Shown here piece by piece: positions 28,090 to 39,492 of a stretch of 64,000 bases of DNA (positions are counted from its first letter, which is position 1; each line of letters starts with the position of its first letter). Below the pieces are notes generated by a model. It had not been told where the DNA came from. It saw nothing but the letters and a program-made list of their open reading frames with translations, and did not search any database. The translations under genes were made by a program, and so were the position numbers. The stretch is taken from positions 1,255,974 through 1,319,973 of the forward strand of contig NMRA01000008.1 in NCBI GenBank assembly GCA_002633005.1, in the 5' to 3' direction. Source of the stretch: Phoronis australis (lineage: Eukaryota > Animalia > Phoronida).

Positions 28090-29481
28090 AATTCGCAACT
28101 CCGACATTTTCTTGCGCACTATCCTAGAGAGGAGGCGTCACCCTCCTAAATTACCAATTTTAGTTTTCCGTTAGTGTATTTTGACTGGAAGTTCTCGCAT
28201 CTAGTTTACTGTGCAGTAAAACGAAAAAAAAAAAATCGGCATTGAAACGCTGTTCAAAGTATTCCAATAATAGAACTGTTGGTATCGTGAGTACTTTTGG
28301 CACCCGACCACACAACATCCGACTAGCAGACGACGTACTTACCTGAAGTAAAACTTGCTAATTTTGTCAGGTGACGCTAGTGAATAATGACGTCACGGCT
28401 TCTGTGTAAGATCACAGATTTCCTCCATTGAAAATATACGGAGTTGGCGGCCCATGTGCTATAGTCTACGCAGAATTTGATAGTGACAATGCATAGATAA
28501 TGGCTTCTTGTAATTGTCTTCAGCTGTTCCACCGGCTAAAGCATGTGCGGCCGGTTGCATGAAACAGTCTCAAATAGGAGCTCGACTAAGTTTATGAGAT
28601 TGTGCCTTTGTTTACTCACAAACGTCATTGTTTCGGTTTACTCTCAAATGTTTCGTTTTCCCATAACGGTTTCCTTTGGTCCGCTAAAGACGAAACTCGC
28701 TCTTTTGTCAGATTGCTTCGCCAGTTGCGTTCAGTTACCGTGCTTTCTGACAAATAGTCATATTTTGATTCAGGTCGCTTACCGTTATAAAGTAGGCTTA
28801 ATGTCTTGCCCTTATTCAATTTAGAAATGATCCCTAGGCTTGGAACTCTGACATATCTTTATTTTTCAAGCTATTATATTTTCATAAAATTTGAGCTTCT
28901 AAAATGATTATGAAACAATACAAGACCAGTTTTATAACGGATCGGTCTGTTAAAACTTGCTTTTGGCAGAAAGTACTGGTTTAATGAGGCTTTAAATATC
29001 GAATGAGGTTTAGTTCCCCCAGCTGAATTGGGCAGCGACCGCGAGATGGATTCAAATTCGCGCCGAGGCTGATCTCAGAAAATCGCTTTTCTAACCGATA
29101 ACTTTGAATGTCAAACAAGAGGCGATATGTAACAGTGGAAGTCTTTGGAAACTCAAATACGCAGTGTTATGCCGACAAAGCAACTGGGTGTGCGTTCCGT
29201 TGACCGGGCACGAGAATCTCTTCAAACACGTCATCACACTAGCTCGACATGTTTACACTCGGACTCAAACCAGAACAAGGCGTCATAGATTCGAATACCG
29301 AAACCAAATACTTCCTAATTAAAACGCAGTGAAAATTTTGATGGATTAAAAAGAAGACGACCCCTTTCAATTTCCGCTCTGTCCATCGGCCTGTTTCACG
29401 AATACGCCAATTGAATGTATGAGGATGTTAATTATTGTACAAAATGATTGGCTTGCATTCAACGATTCCCAATGATGCCCT

Positions 29482-29714
29482 GGGTACCGTTCTAAGAAAA
29501 CCATCATAGTTAAGACAAATCTTGAATTTCAGCCAATTTTATAGAACTTGAATTCATTTCAAGAAAGAGATCTTAAGTTTGACTTAAGTTTTTGACATAA
29601 GTCTTGTCTAAAGTTTGACCAACTTGTCGAATGTAGGAGTTTCAAAGTTTGGAAGTTGAGACAAATCTTAGATTTAAGTAAAAAATGAACTAACTCATTT
29701 TTTGGAACGGGGCC
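29482..29714. mobile_element. Harbinger-like MITE
   Basis: Ends gggtaccgttctaagaaa and tttttggaacggggcc; internal ttaag/agacaaatctt repeats. Confidence 0.5.
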
Positions 29715-32340
29715 TTAGTCCGCACTAAGATCGTAAAAAAACACCCAGCTAGTTTAACACTTCCGGCGATTTAAGCTCGAATTAGAAAACAGGTTTGTGG
29801 TCCCCGGTTTAAGGGACTAAAATATGAAAGCGAAAGTGTGTTTGAAATCTCGGGACTAAAGAAAGAGAACGTCGTTCCGTTGTCAAATGTGAGATGGCCT
29901 AATTAATTAATTACCAAAACACTTCCGCCTCTGAGTATCTGTACTTATTAACGAAGAACGTCAATATTTTTAACGTGCTCATTTACAGATATGAGAACGC
30001 GCTATGTCTATTTCAACATGATAACGAAACCAAACATTTCCTAATTAAAGCGCAGTGACAGATTTGTGTCAAAAAGAAGACTGTCGCATTCAATTACCGC
30101 TCTGCCCATCGGAATAAGTCAAAGTATTGGTCTTAAGCATTACACACCTGACCATTTCTGAAAAATAATTATATCGCCTTGAGAAAAAGTGTAGTTTCCG
30201 AGTGCATGCACATATCTACTTGTTACCGACTGAGACAATTTCTATAAATCATTTCTAGACTGTGATGCACTCATAATTACCTTTTTTCAGCAATTCAAGT
30301 GGGAGCGCAAGAATCAAGTTTCCCTCTCAAGTTAATTTCATGCAATAGACCCCCAGACTGGGGATAAGGTAATTTCTTTAAAGATTTATAGACCGTGAGA
30401 CTAGTTATGTCACAGGCCACAGATGCACCCTAATGGAATAATCTTAAGAGGCCCAATATACAACGCTTGGATGTAGAAATTTCAGCGATCGTATGTGGGT
30501 ACCTCCGTTTTTTGTATTTTTTTTCGTCGACTTCTTTGTTTTGATCAAAGAGACTTTGAGCCTAAATTTAGTCAGCTGTCTTGCCCCAAAAGTAGCGTTC
30601 AAGTATTAAACGTGCAACGTATTAACATTGCAGCGACAAGAAAAAATAAGCCGTAAACTTTGACTGACAAAAGCCAAAAGCTCCATTTATGAGATAGAAA
30701 CCCGTCGAAAGTGCATCACTGGAAAATTTAAAGCGGCCAAAACTCGTCTTCCACCATAAAATAAACGTTTTAGGCACTTTCCATTGAAAATTCGGTCCTA
30801 ACGTATTCCTTGCTCAGACTTAGAATCGATTTCTTGGCTTGGGAAGAAATTACAAATCATTAAATCGTTATTGCTCGAGATCAGGAGCCTAAAGTTGATT
30901 TGTCACGGCGGATCATTTAAATCGCCGAGACCGGAAATCCTTTTAATCCGACAGAGTAGGGAAGAACCAGTCACGACCAATTTTATAACCGTAAGTAATC
31001 TAAAACAAAAGTGAGTCAACAGACATTTTTCGCAGCCGATTGTGTATTTACAGCTATTTCAGTCCCGCGGGTGAGCTCCAAAATTATCCTTATGAAAACC
31101 CAAGGTGTATGTTAAATTTTCACCACGCAAGCCCGTACCGTAACTACATCTTTGCATGAGTTCATAGTTTCTAACACTTCCATACCTAGCTTGTGATGCA
31201 ACAACACGGGAATATTGGCAAGATCAATTCACTAGAGAATTCTTCGAAAAACTAGCCTTTCGTTGCACCACCGTTGAAATTCCCCCTTGCTCTTTTTGTC
31301 CTTACATAACGATATATTTGACTATACATTTTGTGGACTCTCATCGGTGCAATATTGTTATTGAAACACTAGTTAATAAAAATAACATGTTCGCAGGTCA
31401 AGTATAGGCTCATGCAGCGATCTTGATAAAAATCAGTGAAAGTGGTAGTAAACTACAGACTATGAGTGCAGAAAACCGAAGCATGTATCACCAGTTCTCC
31501 TATGTTAAAAAAGCAACGAGACTATTGTTTTATCTCAAATGCCAACATTTAGTCATGGATATGGTCTTGCTGTGTTATTTCTTTAATCGCTGCTTTTTTT
31601 TCTAAAACCTTAATTATTGAAAGTTGTTATGAACGTGATAGTCAGGCCAACGGAGCTCGTTCGGCCCACTGGTCAGCCACGCCGGGGCAACCAGACCGTT
31701 TTCGCTAGCCTTCGCTATAGTAGCAATATCTTTGATAGTAGCAAAACGCAAGTCGTGTGAATTAATGACTACAAATGACAGACACTTTTGCGGGCGGTTT
31801 GAGTTACTCCAAAATTTCTAGGGTTTTCGCTGAGGGCTTTTTAGACAGACCACTTACTTCACCGAACACACATGTACAAGGTTAAGATATGAAGGAGTCG
31901 GTTTAGTCGACCAGTTTTCTTTAAAAAACGATTCGAGTGTTAACTGAGGAAACAAACCTGCTGAAAATGACTTCTTCAGTTCGCGGCGGAAAGATCAATT
32001 GTTTGGCTAAACGCTATCATTTTCGCAAGCGTTTTAGCCAATGAAACTTAGTAGTGCATGCGTTATCGCCTCTCATGAGAGCCTATACGTACGAGTTGAC
32101 AAATAATAGTACTTGTGTATAGTACCATCATTCTCGTTATCGCTAGTGAGATAGAACCGGAGTCTGGGTTATGTTTTTTTTTATAAAACTCGCTATCATG
32201 GGCTCTAATCTCAGAGTCGGCCTTCAAACGACTGCCGAACGGTCCGTGACCACTGGGCTCACGACCAAATAGTTCCGCAGCCAACATAGCGCCACCGGCA
32301 CCTCTGCATACTAACACTCGCGGGCAAACATCACGACACA

Positions 32341-33310
32341 TACAACGACGACGTTAGCACGCACGAACTACTCTCACTAGCTAACAAACCACCCCTTCAT
32401 CTCATAGGCGGATTTAGGAGGGAGTGGCAGCCCCCCCCCCCCCCTTGGTTACCGCAAGCAAAATGAAACAGCAACAGCGTGAAGCGTGAGGAAATATTGA
32501 GTTCTGGAACTAGGACCAGTAGCGACCCCATATCGCGGCGGTATGGTGTTCCCGTATTCTTTTTTCTTTTAGTCCACCGATAAATTGTCTGAACAGCATG
32601 TCCACATACTCGGCTCCCACAACTTTCGCACCGCCTGTGCAAATAAAATACATACAATCGCGCTTTGCCCAATTTTTCGATGCAACATGTTGGCCCCCTC
32701 CCCCTTATGGTATCCTAGATCCGCCACTGCATCTACAAAGGCTTCGACTTATTGCAATAGAAGTATTTAAAATCCTTCATAGCGAATCACCCAAGAAGCA
32801 AGAAAACAATTACTCCTTTCGCTTCAGCAACCTTTTAATTAGATATTCTTCAACTTAAACCTGTCAAATATGGCAAAAAATCTTTTCGCTTCGAGGCTGC
32901 TCGGGTCTGGAACAGTATACCGAATGTGATGCGCACAACAGAGTCTTTCACTATTTTCCGTGGACTGATTCGGACACGTACCGGCCCCGAATGCAGCTGC
33001 TCTCTTTGTAAACACTCCAGGTTATGCTGTAATTAGTGTATACCATCGTTTCTTTTACGATTTATCTAGATTATAGCAATTACAAGTGTACCTATTATCG
33101 TTTATGCTCAGACCCTAGTCTATACTTCATAGCGATTACGACAACTTAACTTTTATTTACAATTATATATCTGTTATAATCTACCTTTAGCTTAATATAA
33201 TAAGTTCCATTTTGTTCACGAGTCTGTTAAATTTAAAGTCGTAGAAATCGCCCAACTGGCTAATGCATTAATCTGTTCTTCAAACGACGATAAATAAAGA
33301 TTCTTGATTC
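32341..33310 (+). mobile_element. 5'-truncated LINE (CR1/L2 group) 3' end, interrupted by a DNA element at 32403-32729
   Basis: Reads YNDDVSTHELLSLANKPPLHL|QRLRLIAIEVFKILH...YSFR...YGKKSFRFEAARVWNSIP...GPECSCSLC (with frameshifts), a typical LINE ORF2 C-terminus; ends in AATAAA followed by GATTCTTGATTC. Confidence 0.75.
32403..32729 (+). mobile_element. Second copy of the CA..TG DNA element, 5-bp TSD (CATCT)
   Basis: Ends CATAGGCGGATTTAGG and CCTAGATCCGCCACTG; CATCT on both sides; removing it restores the LINE reading frame. Confidence 0.85.
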
Positions 33311-33812
33311 GCTAGCTTCACATTTGGCAAAAAATCAAACAGCTAGCAACAACCAAGACAACAACAACAACAAATGCATTAGCTGCCTCGATCAGCCTAA
33401 CCACGAGGTCTTTTCAGTGGAATGCCTCCATTTGTTCACAACAATTCGGTCAACAGGCCAACGATTCCTGGCCATTGCGAACCGCCCTCTGGGTACTGTA
33501 AGATACAGGCATACGGCTCCGGAAAAAGCAAATTTTCCACTTCAGGTCATGCTCAGAAACATAGTTTTCGTAAATTTCCGTAACTTGTAGTCGAACCAAT
33601 CATTTGTTAAGACGGTTTCGGAAGTGGCTCAGGCACTCGCCGCAAAGTTTTGAAACTGTACGTTCTTACTAGTCGATGCCGGACATTCCTTAGCTAATCG
33701 AATCATTTCTACAGTACACAATGACCATTCCTCTGAGCCAATCGTAAGCAAACACTTCAAGCGTTTATTATTATTTGTCCGAGTCCTCGTTCTCTATTCG
33801 ATACACCCGCGC

Positions 33813-33982
33813 ATTGGTGACGTCACAGTTTCGAATGGCAGTCATTGCTCAGTTTCGTTTAATCGCCGTGAACGGCTACCCCAATCTATTTTAGTCATCT
33901 GACTATGCGTCCACCAAGAGAAATTCCCCGGTATTCACTATTGCCCATATAAATTCAGAGACATGGCCAAATCACATCAGTT
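33813..33982 (+). promoter_or_regulatory. Proximal promoter of cytokine-like gene A
   Basis: ATTGG (reverse CCAAT, 33813), perfect CRE TGACGTCA (33818-33825), kB-like GAGAAATTCCCC (33918-33929), TATAAA (33948-33953) and Inr-like TCAGTT (33977-33982) 29 nt after the TATA start; ATG at 34045. Confidence 0.7.
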
Positions 33983-34044
33983 CAACTGTTTGCAAGCCGG
34001 TATTCAACATTTTCTGAATCACAAGCCAGAATTTAATAACCAAC

Positions 34045-37000
34045 ATGCAAGGTAAGACGCGGTTGATTATATACCTACATAATTAGCATCAAACATGATA
34101 TCGACGAGACAAATTTTAATTATGTCTCATTTGGGTTCAACCTTACTAAATACCGATTTCACTGAATATTTTTGAGTAATGCAGATTAAAGGTTCTTTAT
34201 AGAATAGGCAAACTTATCCTTAAAAATCGCAATACATACTAATGGAATTTATATTTGATTAGCGCGAGAAGTTTCATTCTAACCAAGTTAGTCGTGAAAA
34301 CCATCTTTGGTGTTCATCTGTTCCATTAGTAAAGCCCGTTAGGAAAGGTGAAAGTTCCATAGACACAGTTTATTTCAGTTCGAATATTCTTAGCAAAAAT
34401 CGGGCCGTTTCATTCATTCAGGCAATATAGATAAGCAGACTGGCATACAATTTGCCCGCGTTATACATGTGACCGTTCTGGGAAATCCCAGGGTTGCCAT
34501 AGGAACCGTGCTGAGTAAGAATAGTGCAGAATATTATGAACCCGGCTTTTTGGGTCTAACACATGCTTAGAATGACGAATAATGGGAAATCACCCTAAAA
34601 TCGACAGAAAACGTTTTCTGATTTCGGGCTTTCGCACTATGATTTCCCATAATTTGTCCTCGAGGCCGGAATAAGGGAACCGCAAACGGATATTCCAGAT
34701 AAGGCGGGAAATTTTCAACGAAAATATAAATGAGCACAACACTGTAGTAGTAATGATTCACATTAACAGTTCAACATGCAAACGCGCGGTAGGTATAAAG
34801 ATCTCTGAGTAATCTTCAGAGCGGTCTGTCACCAACTGAGACTGATCGCAGCTATAGCGAGTCAATACCAGTGGTTCAAATTTCATATTAGGGTTCAACA
34901 TGGTAATAAAGGCCTATGGTCCGAGTTTTAGTCAAAAAAAAACTCTTAACGGCGTTTTAGCCGATTTTTTGGTGTGATAGATTTAATTCCTCTCCAGTTG
35001 ATTTTTCTGTTGCTTGTATTCGATTAGCCCCTGATCACGAGAAAATCGTTACTTGCATTTACAGGAATAAGAAATACAGTGATCACAGCCCTCCTCTCTT
35101 TTGGTCTCATGGGCATCCAGTCGGCGTCAATCGGCGGCGTCAAGACGCAGCGAGACGTCGAGTCAACACAAACGAGCCATGGAAGATGTCACTGGTACAG
35201 ACCATGCGGGGGTGAGATAGAACAAGTCCAAATTAATACGACTCCGAGTGGACAAACCTTCAATCAAGCTTACAGAGACATGGCAGTAAAGGCTTTTGGA
35301 CTATCTAGACAGTCGCAAGATTTAAAGATATCCTACGTGAGTTTATTTTACAATTTAAGTCACTGACAGTTTGCGTACCGGTACGGTATATACTTTGTTG
35401 AGCGTCCGTAGTCGGATTACATTCGACTCGGTAAAATGGCTTTTCAGTCAGCCTAGCGGGGACAGGGGGGTGGTGTCCGATCAAGAGAATCAAATCGCAT
35501 TCAATACCCAAAATAAAATTTCCCGTATGTAGTGCCTCTCACTGAAAATTCTCTGCAACCGCCTACGCAGTGTTTAAAACCAAAACTGTAAAGACAACGG
35601 GCAACGCGTTTCGAAGAAATCGCAACCTGCCAGAACAACAACGTCCTACTGCATTAAATAGGTCGCATAAGTAATCGGAAAGGGCTATTGGGTGATAAGG
35701 TGATGGTTTGCGATAACTTGGCGGGTGACGCAAAATTGCAAGGCTTTTCAGACCTGTAGAAGTTCCCTTGATTTTAAAGTGTGCAAAATTTAGATTTACA
35801 CGCCATCGCAGTTGAATGAGACATTTATCAGTGCGAACTCGCAAATGTAGTAATGTGCTGTTTATGCCACCTCCATCCAGGAGAGAACGGTAAGAGTGTG
35901 TCAGGTCGTTTGTTTTCCAACTGCTCTACGAAACTTCTTAGATCTTCATAGGCATCTCATTTGAGTTTGTTTTGTATTTGTACGAATTCATATAGTGTAT
36001 TCGCACTATTGGACTGCACCTGCAAAATTATAATTGCATTAAGTTACTGGAATTATTTTTGGAGTGTGCAACTTGTGAGTTGTGTGTGAAGTTGAACCGT
36101 CCATTTGATTTGTCTCACGGGCTGTAAAGCCCCAGGCATAGTCTAGGTAGTCTGACCATAGACTGGTGGCCGCCTTGTCCTGTTGTGTTAAAACCGAAGG
36201 TAGATAATCTCCATTATTCAACCTAAATATTTGTTTCATTTTTGGCGGAAATTAGTCACGAAATGTTTTTAAATTTACATGCTCGTACTGACAGCGGCTC
36301 CTTGGCTTACTTCGCATTTGTCAGTTGATGAAAAAGGTGACCCAGGCTCATGGAAGTGAGGAAAGCACAAAAAATTCAGTATTTCAGGCTTCATGTCCAA
36401 GTCTCAATTTGCAGTACAATTGTCCGGTACTTCGTCTCTCATGGATCTATTATGAACAAATGGACGTCGTGCTCAACAAAACTTGTCTCAAGGAAAATTT
36501 GCTGCCGATATACTCCAAATAAAATATATATAACACATAGATAGGTGACTTGGTTTATGAAATTTCGAAAAGTGTCCATGAATTTTATCGCAGTTGTTGC
36601 CAACTTCACTGTATCCTTGATTAGTGTGAAAGTTTATTCTGCCTGTGTTGGAGCTGTTCACTGTAGTTATGCTGAGTGAAAATTAGTTTTAATTGACCAA
36701 GCGTCATTGGAGATTCTTTTTGGTGGGGAAGATGGACAATTAGAAATGGATTATTAACATTTGTGGTACCTGTATCATAGGTCTGTGATTTGCAAAAACT
36801 GTTAGCTCAATCCTGTTGTGTCAAAATTCTCGACTAAACCAAAGGCACTCTCATTACTCATTTGACTATATGTATCAGAACTTCTATATAATGTGGTGTA
36901 AAAATGCAGTGGCTGATACGTGTGCATGTGTGAGAACTTTTGTAGTGAGAACTGCCATGGTATGACTGGGTCCTCTGCTTTTTATGATAATTGCACCGTT

Positions 37001-38574
37001 TATTTAATTATTATTGACAGATCAAGAGAGCAATGCATGACCCGGAGTTTGCGAGTCTGTTTGATGCATTTCACTTCAACAAATTTCCTGTCAATCAAGT
37101 CACAGACAGCGCAGTGGAATTCGCCACAGAACACGTAAGTCAGATAATCACAACAGAATATCTATAAGGATATGTGTCACTTTATCAACAAGTGTGTAGT
37201 TGCCCAAATATCTACTGTAGAACAATGGGTTTTAACTCAGTGAAAGTTTTACATTTTCTGAAAGTAGAAAGCCTTTATTTATTTTTTTGTTTACTTTAAA
37301 GCTATAGTGTCTTGTGACCATATCTTTTTGTAGTAAAATTTAGCAAAAAGAATGGTTCGTTTATAGAAAAACAACATCATCATCAATAACGTGGCAAAGT
37401 TTTGATTGATAAAAATATTCACGATGAAATCTCAAAAATGCTGCTGATGCATGTCTTGCCGCTGATCATGATGTTGTTAACTCCATTGTTAACAATGCCC
37501 CCTGGTGCCAGATATCACATGTAAAGCTGAATTAACTCGTGTAATGTTGCACTGTCATCTCAGATAAAAAGTTACTAGTAACTTGCTTAACGTTACTTCA
37601 ATCGTATCCATACTGGTCCGCCATGGTATGTGACTCGTCCTTAGTTTTGCACTGCTTTATTTCAGACCGACACGTTTCTTGTTCAAACCTATCAAGAGAT
37701 GGCAACCATTTCCGTCTATCTTAACAGAGTGCGACTGGAGAACAAGCACTGGTCAGTAGGTGGCAACAGTATGTTCTACACCACCATCGACCAGATTTCT
37801 ATTCAATATTGTGATTTGATGTGCAGCCTCAACATCCATATCAAGGCAACTAAAGGTAAATTCAACACCCACATGCACACATGCAGTCAGGGATACCAAT
37901 TCTTTTGTTCATGTTGCCCTCGAGGCCTTAAAATCCATTTTGTGTTATGTCTAGTTCCCTGATCTACCTTAAGTCAACAAAACTTTCACGTACGAGTTAA
38001 GTGGTGTTTTGAACAACAGTCGAAACTTTAAAGCCTTTGGAACATCAAAAAATCGCTTTCGAAAAAATTCTGTAAACATATGCTCTTCAAGTAGAAATTG
38101 TTGAAATATATTTGAAACAGTTGTACAGAATGTTTTTCTTTGCTTTTGTTTTTAGAAACTTCCTCGAAATTTTGAAAATAGAATCGATGGCAGTTCTCCT
38201 AAATTTACCAGTCGATAAATAACTCAGTAAAATTTATTTAAAAAATTCCTGGCAAACCAATTGTTCTGGTAGGATTGGTGTGTGATTAACGTAAAAATGT
38301 GGGAAGCAGATGGACCAGTTGGAAGGAAATGTGAAATGTTTTGTGTTGGTATGATGTAAGTGAATTGTTTTACACTCATTGTTTTCTCGTTGTAGGTCTC
38401 GTAATACCGGAAACGGTCACCGAAGATGTTATAGATCCTCATTACGATAACTTGGGCTTCAGCGAGACCTACAAATATGTGCGCGACTACATAATAATTC
38501 GCGATTACAGTCACTACCTTAATTACTTGGGTGAAATGATGCAGGAGTTGGAGAATCTGCCTTCAAACCACTAA
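34045..38574 (+). CDS. Secreted helical cytokine-like protein A (putative IL-6/IL-11/Unpaired-type), 253 aa
   Basis: GT-AG exons 34045-34051, 35065-35336, 37021-37134, 37666-37855, 38396-38574 (762 nt, phases 1,0,0,1) give one open frame: MQGIRNTVITALLSFGLMGIQSASI...RCHWYRPCGG...QAYRDMAVKAFGLSRQSQDLKISYIKRAMHDPEF...TFLVQTYQEMATISVYLNRVRLE...IDQISIQYCDLMCSLNIHI...YKYVRDYIIIRDYSHYLNYLGEMMQELENLPSNH. Every exon and splice site is conserved in the paralog. The gene model is well supported; the family call is an inference. Confidence 0.88.
34476..34489 (+). promoter_or_regulatory. Overlapping STAT (GAS) and NF-kB consensus sites in intron 1 of gene A
   Basis: TTCTGGGAA (TTCN3GAA, 34476-34484) overlaps GGGAAATCCC (34480-34489); further kB-like sites at ~34584, ~34641 (-) and ~34706. 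Confidence 0.5.
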
Positions 38575-39470
38575 AGTGATAAAGCTGTTCCACGTTTCCC
38601 CGCACCCTATGTGGGGTGCCCAATTTGTACAGTTTATGATCCATCTGATATTCAGATTGGTTCGTAAGTTGTACAAAAATGTATGTGCTATGCACGTGTT
38701 ATAATTTTAAATAAATGATTGCTTAACATGTGATTTGATGACATCAAAACAGTTGTATGATTATGTTCCAGTTGTCTGAGACAATTACCAACCACTGGGT
38801 GCATAATTGTATTAATTTTTGATATCATGTGTTTGATAATTATTTTGATCTGTTAAAGGCTAGTATATCTATTTAGATATATTTCTCATGAGTGACTTCA
38901 GTAAAGATTTGTTATCATTAGCTTTTTTATTTTAAATTGTTTGTGAACTGGAATACAAATTAATAAGGAAATAGAAAAAGAACTACTGTAAAATGCAGTT
39001 ATGATATGTAGCTTCAAAGCTTTCTAAACAAACTTACTTGTAATAATGTAATGATGTAATAATGTAATAAATAAACTAACAATAATGAAGTGATGGAAAA
39101 ATTTTAATGAAAGGAATTTTAATAAATGTTTGTTAATACTTATTACATTCAGTGTTGTAAATCAACTGAGTGTGAAGTTGTGTAACCGTAACTCAGAGTG
39201 TTATAATCAAAAAATGTACTGTAGTTTTGTAATCATGAAGTACTTAATCCACTATCTTGTTTTGTTTTGTTTTGTTGTGTGTTGTTTTTGAAGTGTTATT
39301 ACAACTTGTTCATGATTTATGTGATGGGTTAGTACTGCAATATACTGCCAATAATTTATGCTAATTTATGCCTGTTATGTGAGACTGCTACTTAACCTGA
39401 GTTTTTGCTCCGTTTAAACTACTGCTTTTTCATTTGTGAACTGCTGATATTTCCTGATATTTATATCTCT

Positions 39471-39492
39471 TTATTTATTTATTTATTTATTT
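39471..39492 (+). promoter_or_regulatory. Clustered AU-rich element in the putative 3' UTR of gene A
   Basis: TTATTTATTTATTTATTTATT (overlapping ATTTA pentamers), with an equivalent cluster in gene B at ~61293-61323; a distal AATAAA lies at ~39704. Confidence 0.55.

Noticed and set aside
12500-33000. A third cytokine paralog or another host gene
   Set aside because: No exon resembling A/B and no coherent spliced frame found by eye; the gap at 41336-41914 cannot be assessed.
34900-34910. Alternative coding first exon for gene A (caacATG|gtaata)
   Set aside because: A phase-0 donor is incompatible with the phase-1 acceptor of exon 2, and there is no counterpart in gene B.
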